Source: Craspedostauros australis (Eukaryota). From it: a DNA stretch of 49,580 nucleotides. Shown here piece by piece: positions 44,692 through 49,580 of the stretch (within the stretch, counting starts at the first letter, position 1; each line of letters opens with the position of its first letter). The DNA lies in assembly GCA_030167865.1 (NCBI GenBank), contig JALAGF010002067.1, positions 1 to 49,580 of the forward strand, read 5' to 3'. The notes under the pieces are model-generated. The model did no database searches. It was not told the DNA's origin and saw only the letters and a list, made by a program, of their open reading frames with translations. The position numbers and the translations under genes were made by a program.

Positions 44692-46122
44692 TTACGCCTC
44701 TTCTACCTGCTCGCTCTCATCCACAATGATGAAGTCGACGCCGCCGAGCTTTTCGGATTCCTCCCAAAGCTGCTTCGCAGATTCTTGGTTGGTGGCGAAG
44801 TCCAGCAGCGGTCGTGCCTTGCAGTCGACAAAGTATTGGCCCTTCGCGTCTTCCGTCTCGGCCCGTGATGCGAGGAAGATCTGTGTCGACGCGCCCTCTT
44901 CCGGCGTCTTCAAGAAGCTGATGGATTCTGTGGCATTCTTGATGAAATCCGGCAGGTTGGACTGCACCTGCTCCAGAATGCTGTTCGCGTCACCGGCCGT
45001 ATACCGGCCCAGCTCGGAGTTGACAAGGCCGGGATGCAGCGTGACTGCCGTCCACTCCTTTCCGGCGGCGGCGGCACGGCGTTGCAACTCTTGCGTGAAG
45101 TAGATGTTGGCCAACTTGGATTGCGCGTACGATTTCCACGCATCGTATCCGGATTCTGCCTTCCACATGTAGTCGAACTCCATGCCGTTGGACATCGCGC
45201 CCCGATGGGCGAGGGAGCTGACGCTGATGATGCGCGCGTCGTCGGAGAATTTGGAAGACAGCAGGCCAGTGAGCACGAAGTGTCCCAAGTGGTTGGACTG
45301 CATCTGGCGTTCAATGCCGTCGACGGTCACCTCGCGCTTCGGCGGTGCCATGATGCCGGCGTTGTTGAGGAGGACATCGATCTTGCCGTTGGGGAATTCC
45401 CATTCGTTTGCTGTTCGGACGGATTCCAAGCTGTCCAGATCGAGAATGCGGAAGGAGATGTCCTGCCCATCGTAGTTGTATCCGTTGCTGACGAGGAAGT
45501 CACGCACGGTTTTTACGGCGCCTTCGCCCTTGGTTCGCGTGCGCGCGGTGAGGACCAGATTGGCACCAGCGCTTGCCAATCGCTGGGCCGATTCCAATCC
45601 CAGACCCGTCGAAGCACCAGTGATGACGATCGTCTGATCGACGAGGCTGGCGAATTCTGGCATGAACGGCGTGCTGGATTGCGCATCGTTCACCTGCTTC
45701 AAGGCCGCGGATGCCAACCCAATGCCTCCAAGGAGAGCCGTAGTACCGAGCGTGCCGAATGCGAGCGGCGCTGGTGGTGGTGGTGGCAGCCTCATCATGC
45801 GTCGCTCTCGTTGCTGGATCAGCTTCTTTCGCAATGCGATCTTCTTGCACGTTGCGATCAACTTCTTCTGCTTGCGCTTCTTGGCGATCAGCGCCAGCTT
45901 TCTTGTTTTGCACAGCTTGCTCTTGCTGTTGTTTTTGCATATCGCAGCAGCCTTGTTGCAACGTGCCGTCTTGCATTTCTTGGCGACCACAGCAGCAGCG
46001 AAGGCGGCTGGTTTGATGGGAAGCGGCAGAAGAAAGGCCGCTGATGGTGTTGCCATCAACATCGCCGATGCTGCGATGAGCAGCAGGATCGAGGTGATAC
46101 TCAGACGAGTAGGGGCCTTCAT
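44692..46122 (-). CDS. Short-chain dehydrogenase/reductase (retinol dehydrogenase/Tic32-like) with bipartite presequence
   Basis: ITGASTGLG, LDLDSLESV, NNAG, NHLGHF, YAQSK, HPG, PEEGA motifs. Signal peptide ends SAA-F (ASAFAP-like). Confidence 0.9.
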   Translation of the reverse strand: MKAPTRLSITSILLLIAASAMLMATPSAAFLLPLPIKPAAFAAAVVAKKCKTARCNKAAAICKNNSKSKLCKTRKLALIAKKRKQKKLIATCKKIALRKKLIQQRERRMMRLPPPPPAPLAFGTLGTTALLGGIGLASAALKQVNDAQSSTPFMPEFASLVDQTIVITGASTGLGLESAQRLASAGANLVLTARTRTKGEGAVKTVRDFLVSNGYNYDGQDISFRILDLDSLESVRTANEWEFPNGKIDVLLNNAGIMAPPKREVTVDGIERQMQSNHLGHFVLTGLLSSKFSDDARIISVSSLAHRGAMSNGMEFDYMWKAESGYDAWKSYAQSKLANIYFTQELQRRAAAAGKEWTAVTLHPGLVNSELGRYTAGDANSILEQVQSNLPDFIKNATESISFLKTPEEGASTQIFLASRAETEDAKGQYFVDCKARPLLDFATNQESAKQLWEESEKLGGVDFIIVDESEQVEEA

Positions 46123-46839
46123 GGTTGCTGGCTTTGCTTCACGTTCTGCTCCTACTTGCGCCTTTGCTTTCGCTACGTCCTGTGTCTCACGAACAGGCTG
46201 AGTTCTTGCGGTCGTTCAAGATATGTACGATACTTCTCTATGCGCAGCTGCAGATGCCACAGCCATTGTGGATGGTCGCCATGGTCCCCACCATCTCGAT
46301 TCTTCTCGTTGTTGTCCTTCTTTGATTCTTCGCTGTTGCGTTGGTGGTGGTGGTGGAATGGCCACATGAGAAGGAGTCGTACTGATGTGGGCGGAGCCCT
46401 CTCATGCCGTTCTGCCTGAGTCAGTTTGTTCGAAGACCGTGCAAAGAACCCAAAAAGATACCTTTCGTTTGCAAGTCTGACCTTTGTTCGTCAGCGGTGT
46501 TTTTCGTTTTCGCGATGTTCGGCATCTCACGTGTGAATGCGTTCTGTGACCGAGTTTCGGCACACTGGTTGCCACAAGAGGCGAACTTTGTGTCGAAGAA
46601 CACAGACGGAGCGAGAGACATGGACGACCAACGTGATGACAACCGACTGTCCAAAGCATCGTTCGAAAGTATAATAGAGTATTCCACTCGAACCCAGTCC
46701 ACGGTGATCTACTCTAATCTAGTCTATGTTCGAGTGTTATGCATCATCCACCCCGTTCGATGCTCTTCTACTCCGTCTATGCAGAACTGTACAAGCCGAG
46801 ATGCTTGTGCTTCTCTTGGTCGTCTTCTTGCTCGCAGTT

Positions 46840-48612
46840 TCAGCCAACAGTGGCATCCTTGTGGCTGAAATGAGAATGCAGGCCGCAAGGGACGGCGTGC
46901 GGCAATTCGATGGCCGTGATCGGCCCTTGCTCCATGCGGTCGCCATCCAGCACCAGCAGCTGCGACCGTGATGGGTTGGCATCTTCGTCCGCCGCCTTGG
47001 TGATGATCACAGTGACGTACTCCCTTCCATCCGCGCCATTCACGACGGAAGGTTCGGAGACCGCGTACCAATCCTTGGGTGCGACGAACCTGCCAATCAC
47101 ACCGCCCTTCGATGCGGACTCGGTGTCTTTCAGTGTCATCTTCACGATGCCTTTGAGCAAGATGCCTTCACCCGGGGTTTTCACGCTCGTCATCGGACCA
47201 CCGATCGACATGACGTCGGCGCAGTACGCGTGGTCGCACGCACGGCCCTTGAAGTCATCGTTGATGGCAGGAAATTCAATGAGCTGCTTCGCATTCAACC
47301 AGCCTTCCTCGACGCTGCCGTCCATCGCATCCATCGTCCATTCGTACAGGAATGCGGTCGAATAGTCTGTGAGGAAGCTGCGGTCGGTGCGGGGTTCGCT
47401 GCGTTGCGCATGCAGCACGACCTTGCCATCATCCGTTTCGAACGCATTGACGGTATGCAGCACAACGCCCGGTTCTACTTCAAACCAGCGCGTTGGCTCA
47501 TTGCCGTACCGTGAGACGAGGCCGATGCGCGCTCCATGCTCCGGCTCGTACTCGACGGGAAACTTGTTCTGCAACAGCATGCGCTCTGGGCGCACGGTCA
47601 GCGGAAAGTCCAGCACCAGCACGTAGTTCTCCGTGATCGCGCTGTCGTGCAACATGACGTTGCATTTCAGATCAGTCAATGGAATGCTGCGCTTCAACTG
47701 CCAGTCTTTTTCGAAGATATCCACGCGACCGAACGAAGAATCGGCGAAGGAATAGCTCACGTGGATGCGCTCGCCGGTGGTTGAACATGTATGACCGTGC
47801 GCGCTCAAGGCACCGCCTGTGATCAGGCTGTCATTCGGGATGGCACCGTCCAGGTCGACTCCTGCTTTGATGGTGGTGATGGATCCGTCGTCGTTGATGC
47901 AGAACCCGGTCGATTTGCACTGCTCCATCATGGCCAGCAACCGACCGCCCATCTCACCAATCCCAGTGTTGCACGTGTCCTTCTGACATGGCAGCGTCTT
48001 CAGGTTGATGACGTTCTGCGCCAGCGACTTCAGCATTGGAATTCCTTGAGGGGCCGCTCCCAGCGTCCCGGCGTACGTCTTGCCGGTCAAGGCTTCCCTC
48101 TGCCGTCCCTGCGTATCCACGTACGTCGCCGAATACGTGCTGGGCTTGCCTGGCTGCAATCCAACGCAATGGATCATGCCATCTCCGTCCAAAAATCCGT
48201 CGTTTGGGCCGGCGCCGTTAGGACCAATGCGGAGCTGATGCCCGACCGGAAAGTCCTTTGGGAGATCGCTCGTGCACGCGGATCCGTACAGCTGCTTCAT
48301 GTCGCTTGGTTCGGTGCACAGTTCTGCGACGGGGGACTCCTCCACTGGAAGGAATAGCTTGTTCAGGGCGTAGTTGTTGTGTCGACTTCTGGCCTCCACC
48401 TCGGCATCCTGTCGCAGGTACCGGGTCCTTTCCTCTGTTGGGTACAAGGTATGGTGCGGCACGAAGGTCCTGCGCATCGCGGGGTCGGTCATTCTGCCAA
48501 TCGATGGAAGGGTGATGGTTGATAGCGATTCTGCGGTTTTGCACCAATATGCCATCGCCACGAAAGCAAAATGGGTGGCAACTGCCTTGTTGCGTTTGGT
48601 GGAAGGATTCAT
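46840..48612 (-). CDS. Carotenoid cleavage oxygenase family (CCD/NCED/RPE65/LSD)
   Basis: RIGPN, DGDGMIH, NT; four iron-binding His (SAH, LHD, LHTVN, GLH); EFP and SEP motifs. Signal-like N-terminus ending AES-L. Confidence 0.92.
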   Translation of the reverse strand: MNPSTKRNKAVATHFAFVAMAYWCKTAESLSTITLPSIGRMTDPAMRRTFVPHHTLYPTEERTRYLRQDAEVEARSRHNNYALNKLFLPVEESPVAELCTEPSDMKQLYGSACTSDLPKDFPVGHQLRIGPNGAGPNDGFLDGDGMIHCVGLQPGKPSTYSATYVDTQGRQREALTGKTYAGTLGAAPQGIPMLKSLAQNVINLKTLPCQKDTCNTGIGEMGGRLLAMMEQCKSTGFCINDDGSITTIKAGVDLDGAIPNDSLITGGALSAHGHTCSTTGERIHVSYSFADSSFGRVDIFEKDWQLKRSIPLTDLKCNVMLHDSAITENYVLVLDFPLTVRPERMLLQNKFPVEYEPEHGARIGLVSRYGNEPTRWFEVEPGVVLHTVNAFETDDGKVVLHAQRSEPRTDRSFLTDYSTAFLYEWTMDAMDGSVEEGWLNAKQLIEFPAINDDFKGRACDHAYCADVMSIGGPMTSVKTPGEGILLKGIVKMTLKDTESASKGGVIGRFVAPKDWYAVSEPSVVNGADGREYVTVIITKAADEDANPSRSQLLVLDGDRMEQGPITAIELPHAVPCGLHSHFSHKDATVG

Positions 48613-48871
48613 GTCGATGGACGTGTTGTAGCCGTGCTGTGATGCAGTATGCTCTGCAGGCGAGTAGAATAATATAATGTGAGTATAGGACGATTTACGA
48701 GTAGATTGTATTCCTGTGCTTCAGATTATGACTCCTGACACGACTATCGTATCGCGGAGTGTCTAAGCGAGCAGTTTCTGCGCACATGGGCACATAGTAT
48801 GGTATGCGGTCCTGGTTCGTGACCGCTTCTGCATTTTGTCTTGGTTGGGTTCCGTCAAGTTACGACACACG

Positions 48872-49580
48872 TGAAACCGATTTAGAGTGAAAAAGAGTAA
48901 AGATGCAGATTATGAGTCTTGTCGATGTCGTATGCGTCAGTGCAGTTGTCTGATTGCTGTGTTGTGCATGATTGGTAGTGGCGGCTATCGTGTAACGCCG
49001 TTTCAACGGTTTCATACATATCCCGGTTTGGTCCCCTCGATGCGCGGTGGCTGTGCTAGCCGTCGTATCGTCACATTTTGGTTGCATTCGGGATGTACCT
49101 GCTGCATGCCCCACATGTGGACACCACAGGGCGCTCATCCCACCAGTCATAGGCAGAGCCCATGACCGACCACCCATGGGTACTGTCGCGCAGCGCCGAG
49201 GTCAGAAGAGGACCCGTTGTGCTTGTTCTTTTCGTCTCGGTCCTTGTTGTTGTTTCGTGAGCATGTCGGACAGATTGGTATCCGATGGTTCATGTTGGAC
49301 CACCAGGATGCCCGCGGCGATGCTTTCTCGGACGAAATGGTATGCGATGGCATTGGCTTTCTTCCGCAATTGTGATTCTGGTAGTGAGGAATTGTATACC
49401 ACACTCTGATTGTCGACCCGTACGTCCGCCGGGCCATCCAGTGGAATGCCCATCATGCGAAGCTTGTATCTCATGCCGATGATGATTTCGGTTGCGACCT
49501 TGAGTGCTGTGAACTCGCTGCCGAATGTGGATGTCTCAATGCTGTTCTGTTTCTTGCTGTACCACAGTATCGGTGATGTA
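48872..49580 (-). mobile_element. 3' end of a second, distinct Ty1/copia element (truncated by the window edge)
   Basis: Copia RNase H, then 3' UTR, purine tract GAGGGGA (49038-49032) and candidate LTR TGAAACCG...CGGTTTCA (49014-48872). The LTR boundary cannot be confirmed without the 5' LTR. Confidence 0.8.
49202..49579 (-). CDS. pol: Copia pol C-terminus (RNase H), partial
   Basis: PILWYSKKQNSIETSTFGSEFTAL...MRYKLRMMGIP...DNQSVV...IAYHFVRE...NLSDMLTK. Confidence 0.93.
   Translation of the reverse strand, partial: TSPILWYSKKQNSIETSTFGSEFTALKVATEIIIGMRYKLRMMGIPLDGPADVRVDNQSVVYNSSLPESQLRKKANAIAYHFVRESIAAGILVVQHEPSDTNLSDMLTKQQQGPRRKEQAQRVLF

Noticed and set aside
43925-45103. 392-aa + strand ORF
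   Set aside because: It partly overlaps the SDR antisense, crosses a GTTGGC repeat and has no motifs.
1-49580. tRNA, rRNA or snRNA genes
   Set aside because: GTTCGA-like hits (for example near 29460 and 30985) have no cloverleaf context, and nothing else was recognisable by eye.

Overview
Gene-dense eukaryotic DNA, most likely from a diatom. This is an inference from the short GT-AG introns, bipartite signal/transit-like presequences, CoDi-like Ty1/copia elements and Pro/Thr-rich secreted proteins. The window holds about 17 host genes: a SAS-4/CENPJ-like Tcp10_C protein, a sulfotransferase-like type II membrane protein, an Fpg/Nei-UNG fusion DNA glycosylase, a PHYHD1-like dioxygenase, an ankyrin protein, a GT14 glycosyltransferase, a RAD54B-like helicase, a UBE3B/C-like HECT ligase, an unknown membrane protein, a DCN1-like protein, a thioredoxin, a PP2A catalytic subunit, an EGF membrane protein, a small orphan gene, a frameshifted mucin-like secreted protein, an SDR and a carotenoid oxygenase. 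It also holds one complete, very young Ty1/copia LTR retrotransposon (5459-11850, minus strand, identical 99-bp LTRs, GTTTG target-site duplication) and the 3' end of a second, different copia element at the right edge. Most interesting signals: (1) a single spliced gene fusing two unrelated base-excision-repair glycosylases behind a targeting-like presequence; (2) a -1 ribosomal frameshift cassette (G_GAU_UUU plus bulged hairpin) joining gag and pol; (3) a PDZ-like domain between integrase and RT in that pol; (4) an adjacent, co-oriented carotenoid oxygenase and retinol-dehydrogenase-like SDR, directly downstream of a retroelement end. No database searches were run; all calls rest on motif recognition.
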